Assembly: GCA_963696605.1 (NCBI GenBank)
Contig: CAVOKV010000006.1
Coordinates: forward strand, 86,786 to 150,785
Reading direction: 5' to 3'
Source of the DNA: an uncultured Acidobacteriota bacterium
Lineage (GTDB): Bacteria > Acidobacteriota > Terriglobia > Acidiferrales > UBA7541
Length of the DNA stretch: 64,000 nt
The notes beneath the pieces were generated by a model. The model was not told the DNA's origin. It searched no databases and was given only the letters and a program-made list of their open reading frames with translations. Positions 45,058 through 54,601 of the stretch are shown here, one piece after another (positions within the stretch are counted from its first letter, which is position 1; each line of letters opens with the position of its first letter). The position numbers and the translations under genes are program-made.

Positions 45058-46043
45058 CTAAAGCGCGGAAACAGTTTTAACGCATTGTCACGATTGACGG
45101 CGCGCTTGATCTCGTCCGAAACTTGATAATTGTCCCAGCCGTTGGCCGTCGGACCGACGGCACGGTAAGGAAAGTCGCTCCCCCACAAAATCTGCGAGGT
45201 TGGCACCAGGTTCATGAGAGCGGCAAGCGATGAATTGTTAGTCGCGTTCGCCACGTCATAGTGCAATCTCTTGAGCTCGTAGAGAACGCCGTTCGGCACG
45301 CGCGAGGCCAGCGCGCTGCGCGCCTGGAAAAAACCGTTGATGCGCGCAGCCAGCACCGGCATGGTCCCGCCGGAATGGCAAAAGATGAAGCGGATGTCCG
45401 GACAGCGGGCGAACGTGCCGTTCACGAGAAAGCTGACGATCGCGCGGGTGGTATCGAAAACAAATTCAACCACATTGGAAGGAATTCCTGGGATTAAATT
45501 TGCGCAGCAGCAAGGCTCGGTCGGATGGACGAAAACGATGGCCTTGCGGCGATTCAGCTCGTCGAATACCGGAGCAAAGGCAGGATCGCCCGGCCACTTG
45601 TCGTCGTAACTCGTTTGGAGGTAAACGCCGTCGGCTTCGAGCGAGTCAAAGGCATAGGCGATCTCCGCGAGGCTCCCGTCGACATCCGGTAGTGGGAGCG
45701 CGGCGAACATGCCGAAACGCTGCGGATAGTCTTTGGATAGCCGCGCTCCATATTCATTCGCGATGCGCGCGAGCTTGACCGAATTTTCCTTACCCTTGTG
45801 CCACGCGCCCGGCACGGGCAGCGACAAGAGGGACGAGGCGATGCCGAACTCTTCCATCTGCTCTAGAGTCACGTCGGGAGTCCATTTCAAGACAGTAGTG
45901 TCACCCGACGTAATTTCAAGAATGCGGTCGCGGGTGAGATTCGCATATTCTGGCGGGAGCATGTGGTGATGCACATCGATGCGGCGTGGATTTGACGCCG
46001 CTTTTGCACCAGGATCTGTCGGCAGCGCATTGCTAGCGCACAA
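45054..46043 (-). CDS. amidohydrolase_2 (ACMSD/hydroxybenzoate decarboxylase-like) family protein
   Basis: RRIDVHHHMLPPEY metal motif. TIM-barrel hydrolase layout. GAGGAGG lies 7 nt before TTG 46043 (the track start at 46049 is only 1 nt from the SD). Confidence 0.85.
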   Translation of the reverse strand: MCASNALPTDPGAKAASNPRRIDVHHHMLPPEYANLTRDRILEITSGDTTVLKWTPDVTLEQMEEFGIASSLLSLPVPGAWHKGKENSVKLARIANEYGARLSKDYPQRFGMFAALPLPDVDGSLAEIAYAFDSLEADGVYLQTSYDDKWPGDPAFAPVFDELNRRKAIVFVHPTEPCCCANLIPGIPSNVVEFVFDTTRAIVSFLVNGTFARCPDIRFIFCHSGGTMPVLAARINGFFQARSALASRVPNGVLYELKRLHYDVANATNNSSLAALMNLVPTSQILWGSDFPYRAVGPTANGWDNYQVSDEIKRAVNRDNALKLFPRFR

Positions 46044-46060
46044 TGGCAAACCTCCTCAGC

Positions 46061-46624
46061 TTATTCTTTTGCATCAACCAAAATGAACGCAACGCTGCAC
46101 GGCGCGCTTCCGCGATTGACCCATGCATGGTTGGTGCCGCGTTGTATGACAACATCGCCCGCCTTTAAGTGAATCTCCGAATCGTCCAGGAGCATGTCGA
46201 TCTCGCCGGCCAGGATCAGGGCATAGTCGATGGTCTTTGTGCGGTGCATGGTTGGGTCGCGCGGTTTCTCGCGGGATTCTCCCTCCGGCGCGAGGCCGAG
46301 TCCTTGAAAAATTCGGAGCTTGGTTTGGTAGTCGGCCTTCACTTCCCTTTCCGGGGCAAACTCAATTACACGGAGAATTGTGCCTCCGGGAGGCGGCACA
46401 ATGCCGACCTTTTTGTTTGCCGCGTCATCTCGATTGGAAAGGTCAGCGGGAATGGAATCCGTCACCCAGAGGAGCGTGTTCGTGACGCCCAGTTCCTCCC
46501 GCCGGTGGACGGTGGTAGCTGCGGCGTCAATCAGCGCGATGGCTTTGCCGTTCGCATCTTTCCCTGTGACGACACGACGAATGGGAAAAGCCACGGTCAC
46601 CCCCTGATGAGTGCGGACTTGCAA
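46061..46624 (-). CDS. cupin domain protein
   Basis: 187 aa (start uncertain: TTG 46624 or a downstream GTG). IRRVVTGKD..GK N-terminus. C-terminal cupin GDVVIQRGTNHAWVNRG. Confidence 0.8.
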   Translation of the reverse strand: MQVRTHQGVTVAFPIRRVVTGKDANGKAIALIDAAATTVHRREELGVTNTLLWVTDSIPADLSNRDDAANKKVGIVPPPGGTILRVIEFAPEREVKADYQTKLRIFQGLGLAPEGESREKPRDPTMHRTKTIDYALILAGEIDMLLDDSEIHLKAGDVVIQRGTNHAWVNRGSAPCSVAFILVDAKE

Positions 46625-46627
46625 CTA

Positions 46628-46692
46628 GTAGCGCCCGCCTTCAGGCGGGCATTGTTAGTTTGACCGAATGCCCGCCTGAAGGCGGGCGCTAC
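46628..46692. repeat. REPIN-like doublet H (family 1, GCCCGCC stem type)
   Basis: GTAGCGCCCGCC-TTCA-GGCGGGCA ... TGCCCGCC-TGAA-GGCGGGCGCTAC. Perfect inverted arms. The stem sequence is unrelated to the other copies, but the head and loop are conserved. Confidence 0.9.
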
Positions 46693-46722
46693 AGGAATCA
46701 AACCCGGTGTCTCACGCGAACT

Positions 46723-47565
46723 CTAAATGCCTAGAACCCGCTCGGCATTGCCGTGGAATACGCGCTCCTTGATTTCGTCGGTATAGCCGAGTTCATCCCA
46801 TTCGCGGAGCACGCGCTCGTACGGGATGCTGGGATAGTCACTGCCAAACATGATCTTGTCCTTCAGGCGGCTGCGAATATCTTTTTTGAGCTGCGGCGGA
46901 AAATATTGCGGGGCCCAGCCGGACAACTCCCAATACACGTTGCCCTTGTGCAGAGCTATGGCAGTCATTTCATCCACCCAGGGCCAGCCCGGATGCGCGG
47001 CGAGAATCGTCAGATTCGGAAAATCCGCAGCCAGCTCATCGATGGCCGAGGGATGCGCATGGCGGATTTTGGCGCCCATGCCGCCGGGCATTCCGGCTCC
47101 CATTCCGGTGGTGCCCACGTCAATCATGACGGGCACTTTCAATTCGTTGATGAGTTCGAACAGCGGGTACAGGCGGCGATCGTTCACCGCAAAATGGCCC
47201 ATGATGGGGTGAAAGTGGAATCCCAGCATTCCCAGGTCCTGAATGGCGTGCCTCGCCTCACGGAGAGCCGACTCCCCTTTGAAAGGATCGACGGCCCCCC
47301 AAGACTGGATGATTCGCTTGGGATGGCGTTTCTGTATCGCTGAGACAAAATCGTTCGAACACGGGGGCGTGCCGATAGTTGTTTCCAGATCCAATGCCAC
47401 AAGAACCGCCTCGACCCCTGCGGCGGTGAATTCCTCGACGACTTCCTCCTCTTTTTTAGGCACCCAGGGGCGATTCCAATATTTCGCAAGCGCGTCGACA
47501 TAGGGCTGCTGGCAGGCGATCCACTCGCGCGTGTTCGGGTAGCAATGGAGGTCAATAATTCTCAT
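46723..47565 (-). CDS. amidohydrolase_2 family protein
   Basis: 280 aa. MRIIDLHCYP N-terminus. HFHP, AHPGWPW and FGSDYP motifs. Confidence 0.85.
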   Translation of the reverse strand: MRIIDLHCYPNTREWIACQQPYVDALAKYWNRPWVPKKEEEVVEEFTAAGVEAVLVALDLETTIGTPPCSNDFVSAIQKRHPKRIIQSWGAVDPFKGESALREARHAIQDLGMLGFHFHPIMGHFAVNDRRLYPLFELINELKVPVMIDVGTTGMGAGMPGGMGAKIRHAHPSAIDELAADFPNLTILAAHPGWPWVDEMTAIALHKGNVYWELSGWAPQYFPPQLKKDIRSRLKDKIMFGSDYPSIPYERVLREWDELGYTDEIKERVFHGNAERVLGI

Positions 47566-47596
47566 GCGCTTTTCTGTCTAATCACTTCTGCGCAAT

Positions 47597-49264
47597 CTAA
47601 GCCGATGCGCTGTCCCTGTCTTTTTGCTCCGCAAGCATCTTCTGGGAAATCATTTCCGTCAGCGTCTTCTTGGAAACTTTTCCGAACGGCGACAGCGGAA
47701 AATCCTGCATGATTTCCAACCGCTCGGGGAGCTTGTATTTTGCAATTTCTTTTCCGAGTAGAAAGTTTTTCAACTCATCGAAACTGAGGCGAGCGTTTTG
47801 CCGCAGCAAGACGCAGGCGCACATCCGCTCACCCAGCACAGGGTCCGGCACGGGAACGCAGGAGGCATTTTTCACCGAGGGATGCGAAAGGATGAGGTTC
47901 TCAATTTCCTCGGCGCTGATTTTTTCGCCGCCGCGGTTGATGAGGTCTTTTTTTCGTCCTTCCACGATGTAATTTCCGGATTTGTGGCGGCGCATCAGGT
48001 CGCCGGACCGGTAAAACCCGTCCGAGGTGAACGTGCGGGCATTGTATTCCGGGACGCCAAAGTAACCCCGTAGAGTGTAGGGCCCGCGGCAGCACAGCTC
48101 TCCGACTTCCCGGCCGAGGATTTCGCGGTCGTCATCGTCGAGCAAACGCACCTCGTCATCCGGACAGACCGGGCGGCCAACCGTCTCCTGGCTCACATCC
48201 AGAGGGTCATCCAAACGGACAAACATCAGCAGGCCTTCGGACATTCCAAAATTTTCTTGCACGAACGCGCTCGGAATCAGCCTCTTGGAGAGCAAGCGCA
48301 CTTCGGGGAGCATGGACTGGCCGCCGCTTTGAATGATTTTCAGCGAAGAAAGGTCATGGCGGCTCACGGCCGGATCGTGCAAGAGCCGGATGAGCAGCGC
48401 GGGAACCACTTTAATGTGCGTGACGCGGTGTTTTTCGATCAAGGCGCAAACGTCTTCGGGCCGAGCGCTGGTGCTGAGCACCACGCGCCCTCCATGGAAG
48501 AACGTGCCCTGAATCCCAGGGCAGGCCAGAGGGAGATTGTGCGCGATCGGCAGAATGATCAGAACTACCGAGTGCTCTCCAATATCGCAGACGCTTGAAG
48601 CTACCTTCGAGTTGTATGCGTAATCGTTGTGGGTGCGAGGAATGAGTTTGGGAATCCCGGTGGTTCCGCCGGAAAGTTGAAAGATGGCCGGATCCACGGG
48701 ATCGATCTTGATTCCAGCGAGTGTGGACGCTGGCAGGCTGGATGGCTTTGCGATCATGTCGGGAAGAGAAAGAAAACCCTGGCGCGCGGGGCCCAGAACG
48801 ATGCCGTGACGCAGCTTGGGAACTTTTTGCCGAATGCGCTCGACCATGGCGCAGTAATCAAAATCGCCTTGCTGATCCGGAACCACGCAAGCTACAGCGC
48901 CGGAGAGTTCCACGAACTGGCTGATTTCCGCAAAGCGGTGCGGCATGAGGGCCGCGATGGGAATGCAACTGATCTTTTGGAGAGCCAGATACAAAACCAC
49001 AAATTCGGAAACATTCGGCAGTTGCACGACGACGCGATCCAGCGGTTGGAAGCCGACTTCCAGGAGGTTCAGCGCCAGATTGTCCGACATCCGGTCGAGT
49101 TCGCCGTAGGTAATGGAGCGGTCGCGGTCGAGCAGCGCGATTCGCTTCTCATATTTGTCGAAAGCAATTCTATATTCCTGTGCCAGCGATTTATCAATCC
49201 AGTAGCCCTTTTCGCGGTAGCGTTTGGCAAATTCTGGCGGAAATGGAACGACTCCTTCCAGCAC
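47597..49264 (-). CDS. aryl-acid adenylating enzyme, (2,3-dihydroxybenzoate)-AMP ligase (EntE/DhbE) family
   Basis: 555 aa. The N-terminus PFPPEFAKRYREKGYWIDKSL parallels EntE WPEEFARRYREKGYW. LSGGTTGIPKLIPRTH core. GTG start 6 nt after GGGAGGG. Confidence 0.9.
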   Translation of the reverse strand: MLEGVVPFPPEFAKRYREKGYWIDKSLAQEYRIAFDKYEKRIALLDRDRSITYGELDRMSDNLALNLLEVGFQPLDRVVVQLPNVSEFVVLYLALQKISCIPIAALMPHRFAEISQFVELSGAVACVVPDQQGDFDYCAMVERIRQKVPKLRHGIVLGPARQGFLSLPDMIAKPSSLPASTLAGIKIDPVDPAIFQLSGGTTGIPKLIPRTHNDYAYNSKVASSVCDIGEHSVVLIILPIAHNLPLACPGIQGTFFHGGRVVLSTSARPEDVCALIEKHRVTHIKVVPALLIRLLHDPAVSRHDLSSLKIIQSGGQSMLPEVRLLSKRLIPSAFVQENFGMSEGLLMFVRLDDPLDVSQETVGRPVCPDDEVRLLDDDDREILGREVGELCCRGPYTLRGYFGVPEYNARTFTSDGFYRSGDLMRRHKSGNYIVEGRKKDLINRGGEKISAEEIENLILSHPSVKNASCVPVPDPVLGERMCACVLLRQNARLSFDELKNFLLGKEIAKYKLPERLEIMQDFPLSPFGKVSKKTLTEMISQKMLAEQKDRDSASA

Positions 49265-49276
49265 GAGTGACCCTCC

Positions 49277-50038
49277 CTAGGTGGTTGCGGAATAGCCGCC
49301 GTCGATTACGATGATCTCGCCGTTGACGAAGCGATTGCTGGTGATCAAATTAACGATGACCTCGGCGACGTCTTCGGACGTCGCGCAGCGGCGCAAGGGC
49401 GTGCTCTTCGCGCGGCGCGACATCAGGTCATCATACCTGTCCGCCAGCATGCGTTTCATCCAGTCGCCTTCCATCCAGCCGGGAGCCACTGCGTTCACGC
49501 GGACGTCAGGAGCTAGATTGAGCGCCAAGAGTTTGGTGAGGCTCACCACCGCGGCCTTGCTCGCCGCATAGGGTAGCGGCTGCGGACCGGGGCGCAGGCC
49601 GACAATGCTGGCAGTGTTGACGACGCTGCCGCGGGCGGCCTTCAGAAGGGGCGTGGCCGCTCGTGTCACTTGAAACATCCCGCGCACGTTCACGGCGAAG
49701 ACGCGGTCCCATTCCTCCGCCGTCATGGCCTCGAAATCGCTGGGTTTGACGTTGGATGTCGTGCCAGCGTTGTTCACCAAAGCATCGAGACGCCCGAACT
49801 CCCGCTCAACGGCTGCGAGCATTTTACGCACTGTGGCGTCATCGCTGACGTCGCACTGGAAGAGCAGGGTCTTCGCACCCTTAGCCTGCGCCTGCGACGC
49901 GGTTTCGCGCGCCGCGTTTTCGCTGCGGCTGTAGTTGATCACGACGTCGTAACCAGCCTGTGCCAGAGCAACCGCGGCGGCACGCCCAATGCCGGTGGCT
50001 GCTCCCGTAATCAATGCGACTGGCTTCGCCTGCGTCAT
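49277..50038 (-). CDS. short-chain dehydrogenase/reductase (FabG/EntA-like)
   Basis: 253 aa from ATG 50038 (AAGGGAGA SD). TGAATGIGRA Rossmann motif, NNAG, YAASK catalytic motif. Confidence 0.9.
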   Translation of the reverse strand: MTQAKPVALITGAATGIGRAAAVALAQAGYDVVINYSRSENAARETASQAQAKGAKTLLFQCDVSDDATVRKMLAAVEREFGRLDALVNNAGTTSNVKPSDFEAMTAEEWDRVFAVNVRGMFQVTRAATPLLKAARGSVVNTASIVGLRPGPQPLPYAASKAAVVSLTKLLALNLAPDVRVNAVAPGWMEGDWMKRMLADRYDDLMSRRAKSTPLRRCATSEDVAEVIVNLITSNRFVNGEIIVIDGGYSATT

Positions 50039-50127
50039 GAATTGGTCTCCCTTTGACGACAACTAATCTTAATTTGGACGAGCACTGTGTGTCGCCCCCG
50101 CCGAGGCTCGCGCCGACACGCGATTGT

Positions 50128-51483
50128 TTAGGAAGCGCGAACCTCAGCCGCGGTTGCCAACATCCCGTGTGTCGGACGGGGACTCGCAAACACGATTGCG
50201 ATGCCGCCAATCAGGGACGCCGCGCCGATGGCCACAAACAGGCCGGCCGTGCCGGGCGTATGTTGCTGAAGCAGGCCTGTAATGAATGGGCCGAGAATTC
50301 CCCCGGCGCGTCCTACTCCCAACATCATGCCGACGGCGGTGCCGCGTACTTCCGTATCATAAGATGCCGCGGTGAAATTGTTCAGAACGTTTTGCCCGCC
50401 CAGAATGCAAAATCCCGCCGCGCCGACGCAGATGATATTCAGCACGTGAATGTTGACAAGAACGAGTATGCCCACTGAAACGGCGCCGCCCAGCCACCAC
50501 ACCGCCATCGCTTCGCGATCCTTGCCGCCACGGTCCGCGATGTAACCGCACAGGAGCGAACCGACAAAGGCCATAGCCTGAATCAAGGCGCCGAAGCTGA
50601 AGCTCGTCGCGAACCCTTCGCCGCGCTGCATCATGGCCGTAGGAACCCAGCCGGTGAGTCCCCAAATTCCAAACAAGATGAAAAACGCGGCCACCCACAC
50701 AGATAGAGTCGTTCTCCGGTAGCGGGGTGACAACAGCAGCGAGACCGAGGCAGGGCGATCGCTCGGCTCCGGAAACATGAATTGCTGGCCGGTGGCGGTG
50801 TAGCGCGCAGCTTGCGAAGGATTCAAGCGGCAAAGAACTTTCGCGATGCCATCCCAATTTCCGCGCATAGCGGAAAACTGCAGCGACTCCGGAAGCGCCA
50901 CATGGCAAACGAGGACCAGAACAATCGACAACGAGGCGGCATAGTACAGAGCCTGCCAGCCGAACATCGGAGTCAGATAAATGCCGATGGCAGCGGCGAC
51001 GATCCCGCCGGCGGCCCAGCCCAGCGCCCAGCCCCACATCGAAAAAGTATTGGCCAGACGGCGCGGCGCATATTCGTTGACGTAGGTGACACCGAGCGGC
51101 AAGAGCGCGCCCATGCCGAGTCCAGTGAGGAATCGCAGGCCGCAAAAAGATAAGAAAGAGCGCCCGAAAGCCGCAGTAGCAAGGCTGAAGACGGTCACGA
51201 TCCACAATGCCGCGAGGAGCGTAGCGCGCCGTCCGAATCGATCGGATAATTTTCCTTGCAGAAGCGAACCGATCATGAAACCGATCAGGCCGCTGGAGAC
51301 TAGCAGCCCCGCCTGGCTCGGCGCCAGGTGCCACGGCTTGGAGACATAGTGAATGACGTAGGCGGGATTGAACGTGTCGTAGCCGTCAAAAAACACAACC
51401 ATGCCGATGAGCAGGGCAAGAAAACGGTGATAGCCGCCGATCGGAGCGCTCGCGATTTCCTCGCGCACGTCGATCACAGGCAC
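50128..51483 (-). CDS. MFS transporter, aromatic acid:H+ symporter-like
   Basis: 451 aa, 12 TM. GKLSDRFGRR and NEYAPRRLAN signatures. Start uncertain (GTG 51483, no clear SD). Confidence 0.85.
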   Translation of the reverse strand: MPVIDVREEIASAPIGGYHRFLALLIGMVVFFDGYDTFNPAYVIHYVSKPWHLAPSQAGLLVSSGLIGFMIGSLLQGKLSDRFGRRATLLAALWIVTVFSLATAAFGRSFLSFCGLRFLTGLGMGALLPLGVTYVNEYAPRRLANTFSMWGWALGWAAGGIVAAAIGIYLTPMFGWQALYYAASLSIVLVLVCHVALPESLQFSAMRGNWDGIAKVLCRLNPSQAARYTATGQQFMFPEPSDRPASVSLLLSPRYRRTTLSVWVAAFFILFGIWGLTGWVPTAMMQRGEGFATSFSFGALIQAMAFVGSLLCGYIADRGGKDREAMAVWWLGGAVSVGILVLVNIHVLNIICVGAAGFCILGGQNVLNNFTAASYDTEVRGTAVGMMLGVGRAGGILGPFITGLLQQHTPGTAGLFVAIGAASLIGGIAIVFASPRPTHGMLATAAEVRAS

Positions 51484-51629
51484 ACCGGGTTGCTGCGATG
51501 AATGAAAATCAAGGATGGTCTATTTCGCCGCATCTCCGCCTGACGCGAATTCAAAACGAGAACGTGAATGTTTTGGAACCTGCTCAGTGTAAACGCGCTG
51601 TGCAAGTTGTCAAGGAGAGGCACGGGTCC

Positions 51630-51704
51630 GTGGAACAGCCACTCATGGCTGTCCGCTTCAGCCTGGATGAGATTGCCAGGGACAGCCAAGAGTGGCTGTC
51701 CTAC
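51630..51704. repeat. REPIN-like doublet I (family 1, ACAGCCA stem type)
   Basis: GTGGAACAGCCA-CTCA-TGGCTGTCC ... GGACAGCCA-AGAG-TGGCTGTCCTAC. The right arm is identical to that of doublet C. Confidence 0.85.
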
Positions 51705-51707
51705 AGG

Positions 51708-53061
51708 TCAACGGGTGCGAACGGCGCGCTCCTCCTCCGTTTGCCCCATGCGAGGCCAGAGGAAACCGAAGACGAGCCAGACCAATCCCGCCGCGATCAC
51801 GATGAGCATCAACAAGCGCAGCGCTTTCGCCAGCGGAGCGGCATCCAGCGCGGGCCAGCGAATTTGGTACTGGCGCAGCACCTGATAGCGGTCGATCATC
51901 CAGTGCCACGCCGTATGCGCCACGATTGCCGAAAGAATGATCGTGCCCATACGTTCGGCTACCACATAGCGGAAGAGAAGCTCCAAAGCAGGGATCATCA
52001 GCGCGAGCACCAGAAGCTGTCCAAGCTCGACGCCGACGTTGAACGAAAGCAGCGAGGTCAGGAGGTGCGAACCCGCGAACTGCATCGTCTGCCGCAAGGC
52101 GAACGAGAAGCCGAAGCCGTGAACCAGGCCAAAGCCAAAGGTAATCATCCATCGGCGCTGCACGGTAGCGCCGCCGACGATGTTCTCCAGCGCCATGTAT
52201 ACGATGGACATGGCAATGAGCGTTTCGATGAGCGGCGGAAACCAAAGCGCATCCGGCGCGAGATTGTAGGCCGAGGCGATCAGAGTGATCGAATGCGCGA
52301 CGGTGAATGCCGTGACCACGGGTATCAGCGAGCGGAAGCGCCGGAACGGGATCACCAGGCAAAACAGAAACAACATGTGGTCGGTCCCATCGAGGATGTG
52401 AAAGAAGCCCAACTTGACGAACTGTCCCGGCGGCCTGAAACCAGCGCGGATCCAGGTGAACGAGGCCGGGATCGCCGAGAAATTCAAACGCGCGGACTGC
52501 GCCGCCCGGCGGCAGAAAGCGAAGCGCAATGGCGACGCGCGCGGCCAGCCGGTCAAGGGCCGGATGGATCGAGAAGTGCGACTGGTCGGATTGGATGGGA
52601 TATTCGAAGAGCACGTCCAGCATCAACTGGTCCCAGAAAATGGTCGTGCCATTTGTGAGTTTCGGACCCATGACGTGCTCGAGCGCCTGATCGTAGGACG
52701 CGAAAGAGGGATCGGATTCCAGGGACAGGCGCGTCTCGACGATGCGTGGCTTTGGCAGAAGTGCGTCTCCTTCATAAACATCGATGAAATCGGAGATCCA
52801 CAAACTTGCGGCTTCCCTCAGCATCGGGTCCACACGGTCGAAGTCGAGGTAGCCCCGATCGCGTTCAGGAAATTCCACGTCTCGCATAGTTTTGAGGGGC
52901 ACGCGAACCAGGAGATTCAGGTGGTTTCCGTCCGGCTTGAAAAACATCTGCACCGTCGCGTCGCTGGGAATATCGTGAGCCGCGAGAGGCAGCGCAGGCG
53001 CGACAGACAGGAGCGCGAGAAACGATGCAAAGATACGAAACGCGGCAATGTTGCGCGGCAT
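51708..53061 (-). pseudogene. HupE/UreJ_2-family metal transporter, reading frame broken by an apparent +1 frameshift near 52425
   Basis: N-terminal exported domain (MPRNIAAFRIF...LAAHDIPSD ... LVHLDPRWFQAAG) is in the frame of ORF 51658..53103. The conserved membrane core (QFVKLGFFHILDGTDHMLF...VHGFGFSFAL...GVELGQLLV) is in the frame of ORF 51708..52556. The frames meet at GCC GCC GGG A CAG TTC. Confidence 0.6.
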
Positions 53062-53239
53062 GGACCGAAAGCGTAATCGCTGGGCACACCTGCTGACAAG
53101 CAAAATTCGGAATCATCTGAATTTGAATTGTGTATACTTCCCTTCGCTAACGGCGCCGCAAGGCAGGGCCATGCGATTGCACCTCATCGCTCGGGCCGCG
53201 GCATTCAAGAAAATCGGCACCTCGCAGGGGAGGATGGAA

Positions 53240-54493
53240 ATGACGAAGCGAAATTTGTGTGTCAGCGCGGGCTTTCTCGCGCTCATCGCCGCGCTCGGAT
53301 TCGGATCCAGGGTGCTGGAAAAGAAGGCCGCCGTCGAGGCCGCCACGGTTCAAGCCCCAATGTTTGAAGTGGACCCGATGTGGCCCAAGCCGATGCCGAA
53401 CCATTGGGTCATCGGAATGGCGATCGGGGTTTCCGTCGATGCCCAGGACAGCGTGTGGATCATTCATCGAGGCGGCTCGCTGGAATTCAAGGAAAAATAT
53501 GGCGACACGAATCCCCCAGGCGCGGATTGCTGCGTGACTGCGCCGCCGGTTCTCGAATTTGATAAAGCTGGGAATCTGATCGGCCATTGGGGCGGACCCG
53601 GAAAAGGGTATAACTGGCCGAATTCCAATCACGGAATTACCGTGGACTACAAGGGCAACGTCTGGATTGGCGGGAATGGCCGCACGGTTGATCCCAAAAT
53701 TATGGATACTGGTGCCAGCAATGTGCCCGAAGCAAGCCAGCCGGGCGCCTTTGCGGACAACCAAATCCTGAAGTTCACCCAGGACGGAAAATTCCTGATG
53801 CAAATCGGGCATCCCTTCAAGAGCAAAGGCAGCAACGATGTCGAAAACCTGAAAGGGCCGGCGAAAATGTTCGTCGATCCGAAGACGAATGAACTGTACG
53901 TCGCCGACGGGTATGGCAACAAACGCGTGATCGTGTTTGACGCAGATACGGGGCAGTACAAACGTCACTGGGGCGCCTATGGTCATAAGCCGGATGATAC
54001 GGACATGGGCAACTACAATCCGGACGCGCCGATTGACCAGCAGTTCAGGAGTCCGGTGCACTGCGCACAATTGGCGGACGATAATCTGCTGTACGTGTGC
54101 GACCGCGTGAATGACCGTATCCAGGTTTTCAAACCGGACGGCACGTTCGTCAAGGAACAGATCATCGAAAAAAGAACGCTGGGCGACGGATCGGTCTGGG
54201 ACATTGCTTTCTCCAAGGATCCGAAGCAGACGTATATCTATCTGTCAGATGGAGCCAACGAGAAGATTCACATCCTGTTACGCGACACCCTTCAGGAAGT
54301 TGCCAATTTTGGCGACGGTGGACGCCAACCGGGCCAGTTCTACGCCGTCCACAGCATCGCGACAGACTCGAAAGGCAACATTTACACGACGGAGACATAT
54401 CGCGGCCAGCGGTTGCAGAAATTTGTTTACAAAGGCCTGGGCCCGGTGACGAAAGTGGACGAGGGCGTTTTGTGGCCGAAGTCAGCCAAGTAA
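53240..54493 (+). CDS. exported NHL-repeat beta-propeller protein
   Basis: 417 aa from ATG 53240 (GGGGAGG 6-7 nt upstream; the track ORF starts at 53048). Signal/anchor helix. Repeated ...LYVADGYGNKRVIVFD / LYVCDRVNDRIQVF NHL blades. Confidence 0.85.
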   Translation: MTKRNLCVSAGFLALIAALGFGSRVLEKKAAVEAATVQAPMFEVDPMWPKPMPNHWVIGMAIGVSVDAQDSVWIIHRGGSLEFKEKYGDTNPPGADCCVTAPPVLEFDKAGNLIGHWGGPGKGYNWPNSNHGITVDYKGNVWIGGNGRTVDPKIMDTGASNVPEASQPGAFADNQILKFTQDGKFLMQIGHPFKSKGSNDVENLKGPAKMFVDPKTNELYVADGYGNKRVIVFDADTGQYKRHWGAYGHKPDDTDMGNYNPDAPIDQQFRSPVHCAQLADDNLLYVCDRVNDRIQVFKPDGTFVKEQIIEKRTLGDGSVWDIAFSKDPKQTYIYLSDGANEKIHILLRDTLQEVANFGDGGRQPGQFYAVHSIATDSKGNIYTTETYRGQRLQKFVYKGLGPVTKVDEGVLWPKSAK

Positions 54494-54601
54494 ATTAGAT
54501 GGCAGCGGATTGTGACGCGTCCTAGAGCCGATTTGGACTTGGGCACGAATCGGCCCAGCGCAGGCATTCGGCGAGAGATGTAATTCGTAGGAGGAGGAAT
54601 C

